From assembly GCA_964547345.1 (NCBI GenBank), contig CAZJMX010000006.1, forward strand, positions 41,187 through 105,186: DNA of 64,000 nucleotides, given 5' to 3'. Both the position numbers and the translations under genes were made by a program. Positions 9,801-18,379 of this stretch are shown here, piece by piece; position 1 is the stretch's first letter, and every line of letters begins with the position of its first letter. The notes under the pieces were generated by a model, which did not search any database, was not told where the DNA came from, and saw only the letters and a program-made list of their open reading frames with translations. This DNA is from an uncultured Smithella sp. (GTDB lineage Bacteria; Desulfobacterota; Syntrophia; Syntrophales; Smithellaceae).

Positions 9801-10582
9801 ACAAGTCTGTCCAGTGTGATTTCGGTGGCACTGGCCGTGCCGTCAAGTCGCGTCCAGCTGGCGCCGGAGATGCTGGATATATTATCCGGATCAGTAATCG
9901 TGAGAGAGCCTTTGGTCATGCCCTTCTTGCCGAAGAGCTGCAGGGTGCCGCCGTAAGAGACGCCCAGCACCTTCCGGCCAAAAAACGCCATACTCGAGTT
10001 TGTCAGCGTTTCATCGGGCAGTTTTTCATAGTGGAAAAAATCGTCGTGGCCCGCCCACTTGTCGGCGGGAACGCCGCAGTAAGTTTTCGGGGCGTCGCTG
10101 GTCTTGCAGGCAATCCCTTCATTGTCGGTGTTGCTCCCGTATAAATGGATCACCAGAATGGATTGAAAAGGAAAGTCTTCACTGCCCGCAATCAAAGAGC
10201 CTTCATTTTCCACCAGAATGGATTTGGCCCAGAAATGCGTTTGTGTTTTGTCTGCGGTACTGCTCCACATTGTTTTGATGCGGTTAAAGGCGGATGATAC
10301 CCAGGAACCGGTTTCAGCCTCAGCCGCCACATCATCAAAGATCAGCTTGCCGCCATAGATGTTCACATTTTTGTAGGCGTAAATTTTACCCGGCGTCACA
10401 TGGATCTCCCGCGTCACCTGCAAATCCTGTGTTCCGTCGCCGAGAGGCAGGTACTCAGCGTTTGGAGGGGAAGATAAAGACAGGCCGCCTGCGGTCTCTC
10501 CGCCGCCGCCACATCCGGACATCAAAAGGAAAATGCTTAAGACAAGGAAATTTAAAAGATAACATCCGGGGAGCTTAATCAT
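6824..10582 (-). CDS. large G8-domain / parallel beta-helix lipoprotein (CEMIP/TMEM2-like)
   Basis: Lipobox MSGC after ATG 10582 (AGGA RBS). GVSYGGTLQLFG, WEAGDQIVVTTTD, VALLTRNIRI, FGGH and GVEFYQMGQ match G8-family proteins. C-terminus is Cys-rich. Confidence 0.75.
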   Translation of the reverse strand: MIKLPGCYLLNFLVLSIFLLMSGCGGGGETAGGLSLSSPPNAEYLPLGDGTQDLQVTREIHVTPGKIYAYKNVNIYGGKLIFDDVAAEAETGSWVSSAFNRIKTMWSSTADKTQTHFWAKSILVENEGSLIAGSEDFPFQSILVIHLYGSNTDNEGIACKTSDAPKTYCGVPADKWAGHDDFFHYEKLPDETLTNSSMAFFGRKVLGVSYGGTLQLFGKKGMTKGSLTITDPDNISSISGASWTRLDGTASATEITLDRLVDWEAGDQIVVTTTDFLPGHSEQREIGNITTSGGKSVITLASALSYPHNSKAYDLTSYSLAAQGITRKTVETRAAVALLTRNIRIVSAGKTISETILPAADSLDTNRYFGGHAIIRQGFAKVQLQGVEFYQMGQGGMLARSPLQFHGVYDAPADTFVRDCSVHDSMTRWIELRGAKNLLIERNVGYKSIGHGYMSAGFEAHNIYRANIGIYARPALKYPDNPRNVPGVYAATKSGGGTGLENKSMAGQSDYATPAVFLIANPYNTYEHNMAAGAGACGSCYWIVAGPAAGPPEAAPAGYVSAMQKDAHAPLYSFKGNFCSTAQYSLLTIGGITTCNGITTDDAYAGVQPILVPIENAISQNVLNINDSSNYLPTLLDEGGKHKICQKGDTAGCSVTVIDSYTSSFHWGQQNWSAIWLRNNWFLFTGGALTDILGPGLTMVSGGSYEQVINGYWALTRKTVFVGQTQQGNDYATAAGPKLNTFTGLRCEGKTGSFCLLSREGISFPTDNFLNYQRFYNIYDGPVYQEANAYLNIRATPITTLDGDYIYGEKSADTNRGLGIPKAKEAAKDSRYGVGDCILTNAAIGWKQPNGFYYPPAFHSSNLAFHNVDLRHFVLIPLFNPGEQTTDTGKVNAQYCTKAGDMFNSFTDVDRQTELNDDDGSLSGIKGIGANGSIALNNDTFYHLPKITFECASEQSCLQAPYDHVTVSIFPKCLSSGGDPGASGCAWKPSCGEPGCKGIPLYRQYLNTNELIPGVEQKIRMLGQGLGQRSNLIANQGKYYIDTAYHSNSQNDFQPGHTYFVYLVYAKSDTKVTFQAYVGKNADSVVNSVKMVRLGTLRPDGVVMKAPFQFTAQAAWPWESVGYQPDTGILTVTMDMSNFRQDFINGEKEACKPSSVCEWKGDSCGCAATVKDIQYSCEDAVCRWSSKAMECPANGCIGFQFTLPANFVADGNLYRPAAEPFPSSWNIAWSPFLVDEATAGSCYYRTTPPDPR

Positions 10583-10770
10583 TGAGGTCCTGCCGTTCCA
10601 TCTACGTTTCACTTCAATCGATAAGAGCTGTCGTTTTTCCGCTTGGGAACTATAGGCAGATGGTTTTTGGGTGTCAAGGTGAATTCTGGTCAGAGACGCC
10701 ATACCGCGCCATCTAAAACAGGCGTTGGCAGATCAGAATCTGTAACGAGAAACGATGATGAGCCCTTTGG

Positions 10771-10825
10771 AAAAAAAGACTGGATGTGCGGCTTGAAAAA
10801 TAGCAGCCGCGATTCATCCAGTCTT
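10771..10825 (-). terminator. intrinsic terminator of the CBS gene
   Basis: aagactggatg...catccagtctt stem preceded by an A run (U tail on the minus strand). Confidence 0.65.
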
Positions 10826-10937
10826 CCTTAATGCGATTTCGTGACCTTCGAAGGGTGGATTGCCTGATCTTTCCATGAAAATCCGAATACCACAAAAATT
10901 GCTTGTCCATTTCAAAGGTGTTTCACAGATCGGCCTT

Positions 10938-11387
10938 TCACTTAAATGCCGGTCTTTTGGGCAGAAGATTTATGTACTTAATCTCCGTCCGGGTCTCTTC
11001 ATATTGAAAGCCTAATAGGTCACGCATGGAAATGATGCCCACTACCCTCTTGCCATCCATTATCGGGAGATGTCGAATTTTCCCCTTTTTCATGGTCGTG
11101 ATGGCGTAATCCAAATCGTCTTCCAGAGTGGCTACGGCAACTTCCTTGGTCATGATATCCAGGATTTTTTTGTTTGTAAAATCCCCGGCGCGCACGAAGC
11201 ACTTTCTCACGATGTCTCTTTCGGTAATAATTCCAACCAGCTCGTTTTTCTCATTGCAGACCGGGAGCGCACCCTTATTGTGTTCGGCCAGCGTTTGAAT
11301 CGCAGTGGAGACCAATTCATCCGGTTCGACAGTGATCAACGATTGACTCTTGAATCCCGTTACCTTCAACATGTCGCGAATATTCAT
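10938..11387 (-). CDS. stand-alone CBS-pair protein
   Basis: GALPV..LVGIITERDI and IRHLPIMDG..VVGIISMRDL motifs. Confidence 0.92.
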   Translation of the reverse strand: MNIRDMLKVTGFKSQSLITVEPDELVSTAIQTLAEHNKGALPVCNEKNELVGIITERDIVRKCFVRAGDFTNKKILDIMTKEVAVATLEDDLDYAITTMKKGKIRHLPIMDGKRVVGIISMRDLLGFQYEETRTEIKYINLLPKRPAFK

Positions 11388-11706
11388 GTGTCACCTCCCT
11401 TGTCAGAATTAGAAAAATGCCCGTTTCATTTCAGATAGATTTTTGTTTTCTCCATAAAAGAATTGATCTTCAGGTAAAAATTAAAAACCATCCACCCCTA
11501 TCCTACTGTAATCGCTTGCAGATAAATACAATTAAGTTCTCAGTGAAATCAAGCATTTTCTTGAAAGTGATATTTTGTGACGCAAGGTGTTTGTCCTCAT
11601 GGAGGCAGTTGAACCGTGGCATCCCGCTGTTTCATTGTTGATTCATGCCTGAATATTAATAAGAAATTTTCAGGAGAGCACTTTGGCGGGCGCGGAGGAG
11701 AGGGGA

Positions 11707-11898
11707 TCAAAGAATTTCTTTGACTCGGCCCACGATGCCGCCCTCCAGGCGCACTTTGATACCGTGCGGATGCGTGGGCGACTTGGTGAGGATGTCTTGT
11801 ACAACGCCTTCGGTTAACGCACCCGTGCGCTGATCGGGCTTTTGTACGACTTTAACCCGTGCCCCCGCTTTAATATTGACGCGATTTGTTCCATCCAT
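11707..11898 (-). CDS. YwbE family protein (DUF2196)
   Basis: DQRTGALTEGVVQDILTKSPTHPHGIKVRL signature. Confidence 0.85.
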   Translation of the reverse strand: MDGTNRVNIKAGARVKVVQKPDQRTGALTEGVVQDILTKSPTHPHGIKVRLEGGIVGRVKEIL

Positions 11899-12035
11899 TG
11901 CTTAATCCCCCAATCTGGTTTCATCTAAAACTACCACGCTTTATTTAAATAATCCAACCAGCAAAAAACGCTGCTCATTTTTTATCGCTTTTGTGCTAGA
12001 ATCCAATCCACATTTCATATCACAGGAGTATTCCT

Positions 12036-12464
12036 ATGCGCGGCGATATACAAAAAATCATTTCAGAAAATAAAGTATGCGTCATGGCTACCGTGTCGGG
12101 CGGGGCGCCGCATTGTTCGCTGATGTCGTATGCAACAGACAAGGATTGCCGCGAGATCTATATGGCAACGCTCCAGGATACAAAAAAGTATCGCAATCTC
12201 ATCGCCAATCCATCCGTCAGCCTGCTGATCGATACCAGGGACTCGGATGAAAAGGGCAAAACCCGGGCGCTGACGGTAACGGGAATTTTTCAGGAGGCCG
12301 GAAACGACACAAGAAAAAAAGCAATTCGGGAAGCGCTGCTTGCAAAGCATCCCGAATTGAAGGATTTTTTTAATTACCCAGACGCCCGGATCGTTGTGAT
12401 CAAGGCTACGTCCTTGCAGCTTCTGGACGGAGTAACAGATTCGTATTTTGAACAACTGACGTAA
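12036..12464 (+). CDS. pyridoxamine 5'-phosphate oxidase-like FMN-binding protein
   Basis: VMATV..PHCSLM and TKKYRNLIANPSVSLLID motifs. Confidence 0.85.
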   Translation: MRGDIQKIISENKVCVMATVSGGAPHCSLMSYATDKDCREIYMATLQDTKKYRNLIANPSVSLLIDTRDSDEKGKTRALTVTGIFQEAGNDTRKKAIREALLAKHPELKDFFNYPDARIVVIKATSLQLLDGVTDSYFEQLT

Positions 12465-12484
12465 CCCAATGAAGGAGGTTTACC

Positions 12485-13033
12485 ATGGTCCAGAATTCAC
12501 GCGATGCCCGGAAAAAGAAAGTGATTGAAGTCTTAAACAAAGCCAGATCCATGGAGCTCTTCGCCATCCATCAGTACATGAATCAGCATTATAATCTCGA
12601 CGATATGGACTACGGCGATCTGGCCGCCAAGGTGAAACTCATTGCGATCGATGAAATGCGCCATGCCGAAATGTTTGCTGAACGCATCAAGGAACTGGGC
12701 GGCGAGCCGACATCCGATCTCGATGCCAAAGTGCAGAAATCTCAGAAATTCGACACGGTGTTTCCCTTTGACGCGAAACTGGAAGACGACACGATTGACG
12801 TCTATAATCAGTTCCTGCTGGTCTGCCGCGAAAACGGCGACAGCATCAGCATGAAGCTTTTTGAAACGATCACCGATGAGGAGCAGATTCACTTCAATTA
12901 TTTTGACAACGTCAGCGATCACCTGGCAAAACTGGGCGCTGCCTATCTGGCGCAGATTGCGGGAACGCCTGCCGATACCGGAGCGCCCTCGAAGGGATTT
13001 GTCACGGGGGCGGGCGGAGGGGCTACCGCATAG
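12485..13033 (+). CDS. bfr: bacterioferritin (Desulfovibrio type)
   Basis: Ferroxidase motifs ELFAIHQY, DEMRHAE (heme-ligand Met) and EEQIH; tail AGTPADTGAPSKGFV resembles Desulfovibrio Bfr. Confidence 0.9.
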   Translation: MVQNSRDARKKKVIEVLNKARSMELFAIHQYMNQHYNLDDMDYGDLAAKVKLIAIDEMRHAEMFAERIKELGGEPTSDLDAKVQKSQKFDTVFPFDAKLEDDTIDVYNQFLLVCRENGDSISMKLFETITDEEQIHFNYFDNVSDHLAKLGAAYLAQIAGTPADTGAPSKGFVTGAGGGATA

Positions 13034-13064
13034 ACCAAAAAGCAATTAAAGGTTCTTGACCCAT

Positions 13065-13097
13065 CAAAGGCTGGCTCTTCGCCGGCCTTTGTTTTTT
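13065..13097 (+). terminator. intrinsic terminator after bfr
   Basis: caaaggctggc-tcttc-gccggcctttg followed by a T run. Confidence 0.75.
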
Positions 13098-13248
13098 ACG
13101 ACACTTACGATCAGAGGCTATCTGCTCAGTCGTAATTTCGCTCAAGGAATTGATATTGGCACGTATGATATTTCTGGAATCTTTTCCCGGAATCTCCCCG
13201 TCTCTTCGTATAGTAAAATCCGCAGGCGAGAGTAGGTCTCCGCAGGAA

Positions 13249-14505
13249 TCAAGACGAAGCAGATTCCGGCGTGGTGTCATGACTGTTAATATACACTATT
13301 AGCGCCAGGGCCAACAAGGCGGCAGAGATGCCGAAGCCCCACTGGTAGGCCGCAGTGGGTAAGACTCCCGTTATCGATGGTGTCCAGTGACCCATGATGA
13401 TCCCCATCATATGTTGGAATACGGCTCCACCTAACATGAGAAAAAAATTCAGGGCCGTAAGGGCGGTTCCGGCAATGGAAAGGGGAAAGGTCTCTTTTAC
13501 CTGGACATAAAGAAGAGTAGAAGAAACACCGGTAAACCCGATTAGCCAGAATTGCACCAACAATCCCCAGTAAGGTAATTGCAGGTCCATGGCCAGGCTG
13601 AAAAAGACCAGCAGTGAGACTCCCTGCACTAACAGGATCAAGAATTTTCGTCGCCTCAGCTTGTCGGACAAACGACCCCAGAGAGGCGCACCGCAAATGG
13701 CCCCGACGGGAGTGGCTAACAAAATAAAGCTGGCAGTCGTTTTACTCAGGCCATAGATGTGCATCAGGTAAGGACCACCCCATAAGCCCATTAGAGTTAT
13801 CAACGCTCCATAGGAAGCGAATGAAAGCGGCGCAAGGCACCAGAAACGGCTACTGCTGAAAACGGTATGAAGCCCGGAAAAAATATTACGCATAGAGGGT
13901 GAAGCATGCGGCAGTGCACCAGCCTGCTGAGGCGGATGATTGCGTACCACCAGGTAAATTGCGACAGCCAGGAGCAACGTTATTCCTGCCATGCAGAGGA
14001 AAGCGCCACGCCAGCCAAATGTTTCACTCAGCAAGGCCAGCGGGGTGGTGGCAAAAATAGCCCCCATATTGCCAAGCGAGATCATGATGCCGGACAAAGT
14101 AGCAAACTCATGAGGAGAAAACCAAGTGGTAAATATTTTATAGGAACCCATCAGCGCGGCAGCCATACCGATACCGATTCCTGCCCGGGCCAATATCGCC
14201 ATGGTGCTGCTGCTTGAGAGAGCAAAAACTATCGCACTTACTGCCCCGATGCAGGCGAGTGAACTCATGACAACGCGGGATCCAAAACGGTCGAGCAATG
14301 GTCCCATTGGCAGTTGCGCCAGGCAAAAGCTGTAGAAGAAGGCGCCACCCAGCAGTCCAAGATTCTCGGGAGAAAGGCCCAGGTCATGGCTCAGCTCATT
14401 GGCGACAACAGCATTGGAGACCCGCCAGAATTGGGAGAGGATGAATATGGTGGCGCAAAGCGCAAAAATGCACCAGCGATAATGAGAAGAGAACGGTTTT
14501 TCCAT
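13249..14505 (-). CDS. MFS transporter
   Basis: About 12 hydrophobic segments; motif A GPLLDRFGSR and GRLSDKLRRR. Confidence 0.9.
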   Translation of the reverse strand: MEKPFSSHYRWCIFALCATIFILSQFWRVSNAVVANELSHDLGLSPENLGLLGGAFFYSFCLAQLPMGPLLDRFGSRVVMSSLACIGAVSAIVFALSSSSTMAILARAGIGIGMAAALMGSYKIFTTWFSPHEFATLSGIMISLGNMGAIFATTPLALLSETFGWRGAFLCMAGITLLLAVAIYLVVRNHPPQQAGALPHASPSMRNIFSGLHTVFSSSRFWCLAPLSFASYGALITLMGLWGGPYLMHIYGLSKTTASFILLATPVGAICGAPLWGRLSDKLRRRKFLILLVQGVSLLVFFSLAMDLQLPYWGLLVQFWLIGFTGVSSTLLYVQVKETFPLSIAGTALTALNFFLMLGGAVFQHMMGIIMGHWTPSITGVLPTAAYQWGFGISAALLALALIVYINSHDTTPESASS

Positions 14506-14873
14506 AAGAACTCACAAGGGATTGAAGGATTTCTATCTGATCAGGCCAGCATTTATGAAGGGAAATATAGAAAAAACGGACTTGCGTGTCAATGAAATAA
14601 TGACACGAAGGCATGATCAAGATAGGTTGTCACAAAGGATGGGTGATAGCTCATCGTCCGCTTCATGAAGGATATGGCACAACCTCCACATTTGTGATGA
14701 ATATTTCATTGACATAAGGGCCGCATCAATTTTATAGCTCTTTAAGAACAAGTGCAATTACCTTTCCACCTTAAAAGAAACGCACCAACCCAATGAATCT
14801 TGTTCGCAGACTATTTCGTATTGCAAGTTAAATAGGCCGCATCGAGAAGCATGCAGCAATAACCCCCAGGGAG

Positions 14874-16178
14874 ATGTCAATCATGCAACCACTGAAACCA
14901 GGGCCGCTTCCTCATCTGAACGTTTTGGACTTCACATGGGTATTGGCGGGACCTCACGCGACAAAGACATTGGCTGATATGGGTGCCAACGTCATCAAAA
15001 TTGAGCATTTTAAAAATGGCACAAATGAGAGGCATCAAGCCCTGCAGGTTGAGAAGAATGGCGTTGTCCAGTGTTCCTATCACCTTCACCTTAATCGGGG
15101 GAAGAAAAGCATGTGCATCAACCTCAAGCATCCCAAGGGGATAGAGCTGATCCACAGCTTGATCAGGAAAAGCGACATCATCGTCGAGAACTTTGCCCCC
15201 GGTGTCATGGAGAGACTGGGTCTCGACTATGAATCCGTGAAAAAGATCAAGCCCGATATTATCTATTGCTCCATTTCGGCCTGGGGGCACTGGGGACCGA
15301 ATGCGCAAAAGCCAGGTTATGACGCAATCGCACAAGCAGCAAGCGGATGGGTAGGACTGACATCGACGCATGTGGGGGCTCCCGTGGCCATTGGGGATAC
15401 GACCGCTTCGATGCACGCTTGCACGGCGATGCTGGCGGCCTTAGTTCACCGCATGATGACGGGACAGGGGCAGAATATTGATATCTCCCTGGTGGACTGC
15501 CTTTTCTCGATCCACGAGACCTCTTTCCCTTCGTATTGGATCAGTGAAGCTGCGGGCGCCCCATTTATCATGCCTCGGACATCAAAACAAAGCCCGACCT
15601 CGTCACCTTACGGGGTTTACACAGGAAAGAACGGTTCCATCTCGATTGCTCTGCTCTCGGATAATCGCTGGTCCGAGTTGGTCGATCTTATGGGACCGGG
15701 ATATGAATGGCTCAAAACCGACCCCCGGACCATCGATCTGGCCGCCCGCTGCAAGAGCGAAAACGTTCATCTCGTTCATAATGCCCTTGATGCCTGGGTC
15801 ATGTCGCAGGATTCCGTGGAAGAAGCCGAGCGTAAACTGGAGGAAACGGGTATTCCCTGTTGCCGGGTAAAAAGCATAGAGGAACTGGCCACAACGGATC
15901 CTCATATCGGAGCACGGGAAATGCGGCTGTCAATGCTTCAACCCTTTTTAGGACCCGTCAAGATGTACGGCAGCCCCCTGAAATTCTCGGAAACACCCGC
16001 TACGATCAGGGGCTACGCCCCCTTCCTGGGCGAGCACAATCGGGAAGTCCTCTCGACGATCCTGGGATATTCGGAAGAGGAAATCGATACGCTCTATAAG
16101 GAAGACGTTATTTATCAAGGACCGGAAGTGGAGAAGCTCCCGGAGGAACTGGAGAAGATGGGACATAAGATAGACTGA
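14874..16178 (+). CDS. family III CoA-transferase (CaiB/BaiF)
   Basis: VLDFTWVLAGP, LADMGANVIKIE, NRGKKS, ENFAPG and PGYD motifs; catalytic Asp in AIGD. Confidence 0.93.
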   Translation: MSIMQPLKPGPLPHLNVLDFTWVLAGPHATKTLADMGANVIKIEHFKNGTNERHQALQVEKNGVVQCSYHLHLNRGKKSMCINLKHPKGIELIHSLIRKSDIIVENFAPGVMERLGLDYESVKKIKPDIIYCSISAWGHWGPNAQKPGYDAIAQAASGWVGLTSTHVGAPVAIGDTTASMHACTAMLAALVHRMMTGQGQNIDISLVDCLFSIHETSFPSYWISEAAGAPFIMPRTSKQSPTSSPYGVYTGKNGSISIALLSDNRWSELVDLMGPGYEWLKTDPRTIDLAARCKSENVHLVHNALDAWVMSQDSVEEAERKLEETGIPCCRVKSIEELATTDPHIGAREMRLSMLQPFLGPVKMYGSPLKFSETPATIRGYAPFLGEHNREVLSTILGYSEEEIDTLYKEDVIYQGPEVEKLPEELEKMGHKID

Positions 16179-16366
16179 AAGAAAAATGAAACGGATGAGT
16201 AGTGTCTTGCAGCTTCATTGACCTGCTTTTGAATCTTGTACCCTATACAAAGTTTAGCTCACTGTAGTTTTCTGCGAAGAATATCATTTATGCAATGCGC
16301 AATTCATCTATTCATACCCTGTATGTCGGCATTATACAGAGTATCTCAAAGCCATTTTACCGGAGA

Positions 16367-17443
16367 TTAAATCGCTGCCAGAATCATGCGGTCAATCTTG
16401 GACAGGGGCAGCTTTTGCAAATCCGCAAGCGACGCCCAGCGCCAGGCCTGACAGCCGAGAGGGTTGAGAATTCCTTTCAATAAAAGGCAATCATAGGCAT
16501 GAAGCGTTATGCGAAAGTGCGTGTAGACATGATCAACTGAGGCCCGCTTTTCCCCTACACGGATGGATATATCCAGTTCTTCCTTGACGCTGCGCTTCAA
16601 ACCGGCTTCCCTATCTACCGCATCATCGATAAAACCACCCGGCAGTTTCCATAAAGATGCAAGCAACCCGCTTACGGGCCGCTTCACAACCAGCAGTTCT
16701 CCGCAGGCATTACGGATGACGGCGGCGGCAGCCTGCCGATGGGGAATGGCCGGAGCTTTCCGGGTTATGGGTAAAATACTTTGCAAACCGGCAAGCTGCG
16801 CGCGGCAGACTGAAGCGATGGGACAGTTCGAACAGGCGGGATTTTTGGGTCTGCAAATCGTTGCGCCCAAATCCATCAGCGCCTGATTGAAGTCGCCGGG
16901 ATGTCGGACAGGAATCAATGTTGCGGCAAGCACAACCAGATTCTTTTGTTCCCGCGCATCGTCCATGGGTTTCCGAATCGCAAAAACCCTGCTTAAAATC
17001 CGGCGCACGTTTCCGTCCACGGCGGGAAGCGGCTTTCCATAGGCAATGCTCAGGATCGCGCCCGCTGAATACGGTCCGATACCAGGTAGTGTTTTGATTT
17101 CTTCGGGTGTATCGGGAATTTTGCCGCCATATGCATCGACAATCATTCGGGCGGCCACGTGCAGATTGCGGGCGCGGGAATAGTAACCCAGGTTTTCCCA
17201 GGCTTTCAAAACCTGCTCAAGCGACGCATCAGCCAGAGCAACAACATCGGGAAACATTTCAAGAAAGCGCTGATAATAGGGAATCACCGTATCCACCTGG
17301 GTTTGCTGGAGCATGATCTCCGAAATCCAGATGCGGTAAGGATCACACGTCTGGCGCCACGGCAGCGGTCGCGACTGACGTCTGTACCAGATCAAAAGCC
17401 TTCGGCTGAGAAGCGTCTTCATTTGGGCGGTATCGTGAACCAT
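16367..17443 (-). CDS. mutY: A/G-specific adenine glycosylase
   Basis: ISEIMLQQTQV, LGYYSRARNL, LPGIGPYSA and VDGNVRR motifs; 4Fe-4S Cys motif; NUDIX-like C-terminus. Confidence 0.96.
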   Translation of the reverse strand: MVHDTAQMKTLLSRRLLIWYRRQSRPLPWRQTCDPYRIWISEIMLQQTQVDTVIPYYQRFLEMFPDVVALADASLEQVLKAWENLGYYSRARNLHVAARMIVDAYGGKIPDTPEEIKTLPGIGPYSAGAILSIAYGKPLPAVDGNVRRILSRVFAIRKPMDDAREQKNLVVLAATLIPVRHPGDFNQALMDLGATICRPKNPACSNCPIASVCRAQLAGLQSILPITRKAPAIPHRQAAAAVIRNACGELLVVKRPVSGLLASLWKLPGGFIDDAVDREAGLKRSVKEELDISIRVGEKRASVDHVYTHFRITLHAYDCLLLKGILNPLGCQAWRWASLADLQKLPLSKIDRMILAAI

Positions 17444-17627
17444 ACCCGCCTGTATATCCTATGCGTAAACGCATGACAATAGCGCTATTTACACCGTTTT
17501 TTCCACTTGACAGATAACAGTTTATAGGACAATCTGAGCGCCATTCGGACATACTAATCGTTGTTGCTTGCATCGTTTAAGTTTTCTGGTTAATTCATCA
17601 ATAAGGGTAATAGAGGAGATCAAAGAA

Positions 17628-18185
17628 ATGAAGAAAGAGGATTGTATTTTATTCAGTGGCGGCGCGCAGGGCGCGGAAGCGGAATTTGGCGCCAACGCTG
17701 AGAAATTTGGAATAGAAGAAGTGAATTTTACTTTTGAAGGACACACCATCATCCGTCACCGGGGACTTCGCGTGCTGAACCACGAAGAACTGAAAAACGG
17801 CGATGTTTCGCTGGAATATATATCGCGGCTGATGAATCGCCGCTATACGGACAACGTGACTTTCCGCAAAATCCTGCAAACCATCTGGTATCAGATCAAT
17901 AATGGTCAGGAAGTGTTTATCATCGGCGAAGTCCTGCCGGATAAAACCGTCAAAGGCGGAACCGGCTGGGGCGCGGAATTCAGCAAGCTGTGCAATAAAG
18001 CCCTGCATGTTTTCGACCAGAAAAAGAACGCCTGGTTTACCTGGAACAAGATCGACTGGATCGAATGCCAAAAGGGCGATGAACCGATGATCACCAAAGC
18101 CCACTTTGCCGGGGGAGGCACGCGCTTCCTGGAAGAAAGCGGCCGGAAAGCGATTGCTGCATTATTCGAAAGATCGATTAGCTGA
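17628..18185 (+). CDS. conserved hypothetical protein, possibly SLOG/Rossmann-like nucleotide-binding fold
   Basis: GAGGAG RBS; FSGGAQGAE and KGGTGWG motifs resemble SLOG-family loops. Confidence 0.55.
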   Translation: MKKEDCILFSGGAQGAEAEFGANAEKFGIEEVNFTFEGHTIIRHRGLRVLNHEELKNGDVSLEYISRLMNRRYTDNVTFRKILQTIWYQINNGQEVFIIGEVLPDKTVKGGTGWGAEFSKLCNKALHVFDQKKNAWFTWNKIDWIECQKGDEPMITKAHFAGGGTRFLEESGRKAIAALFERSIS

Positions 18186-18225
18186 TTTTCCAAACATCCA
18201 ATCGTAGAGCCCCCTTTCAGATCTT

Positions 18226-18257
18226 AAGGTCGAAGCGTTTCGTTTCGGCCTTTTTTT
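18226..18257 (+). terminator. intrinsic terminator
   Basis: aaggtcgaagcg-ttt-cgtttcggcctt followed by a T run. Confidence 0.7.
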
Positions 18258-18379
18258 ACGAGCTTTGTGAGTGCCATCGCCGGTTATATTTTTGCATCAA
18301 AGTCCCTCCGTTATATTCTTGACAGCACTCCCGGCTTTTGCTAGCCCTAATATCAAATATTATATTAAAAGGAGGAGCT

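Noticed and set aside
10583-10702. N-terminal extensions in the ORF track (G8 protein; also pyk, prpE, RND permease, recX, mobB)
   Set aside because: Downstream starts have better RBS or signal-peptide context and match family N-termini.
12960-13033. Gly-rich bacterioferritin tail as an encapsulin cargo-loading peptide
   Set aside because: It lacks the LxIGSL/LTVGSL-type motif, resembles the normal Desulfovibrio Bfr C-terminus, and no encapsulin gene is nearby.
14670-14710. Sigma54 promoter or Rex box in the MFS/CoA-transferase spacer
   Set aside because: TGGCAC is not followed by TTGC at the right spacing, and the TTGTGA half-site has no matching TCACAA partner.
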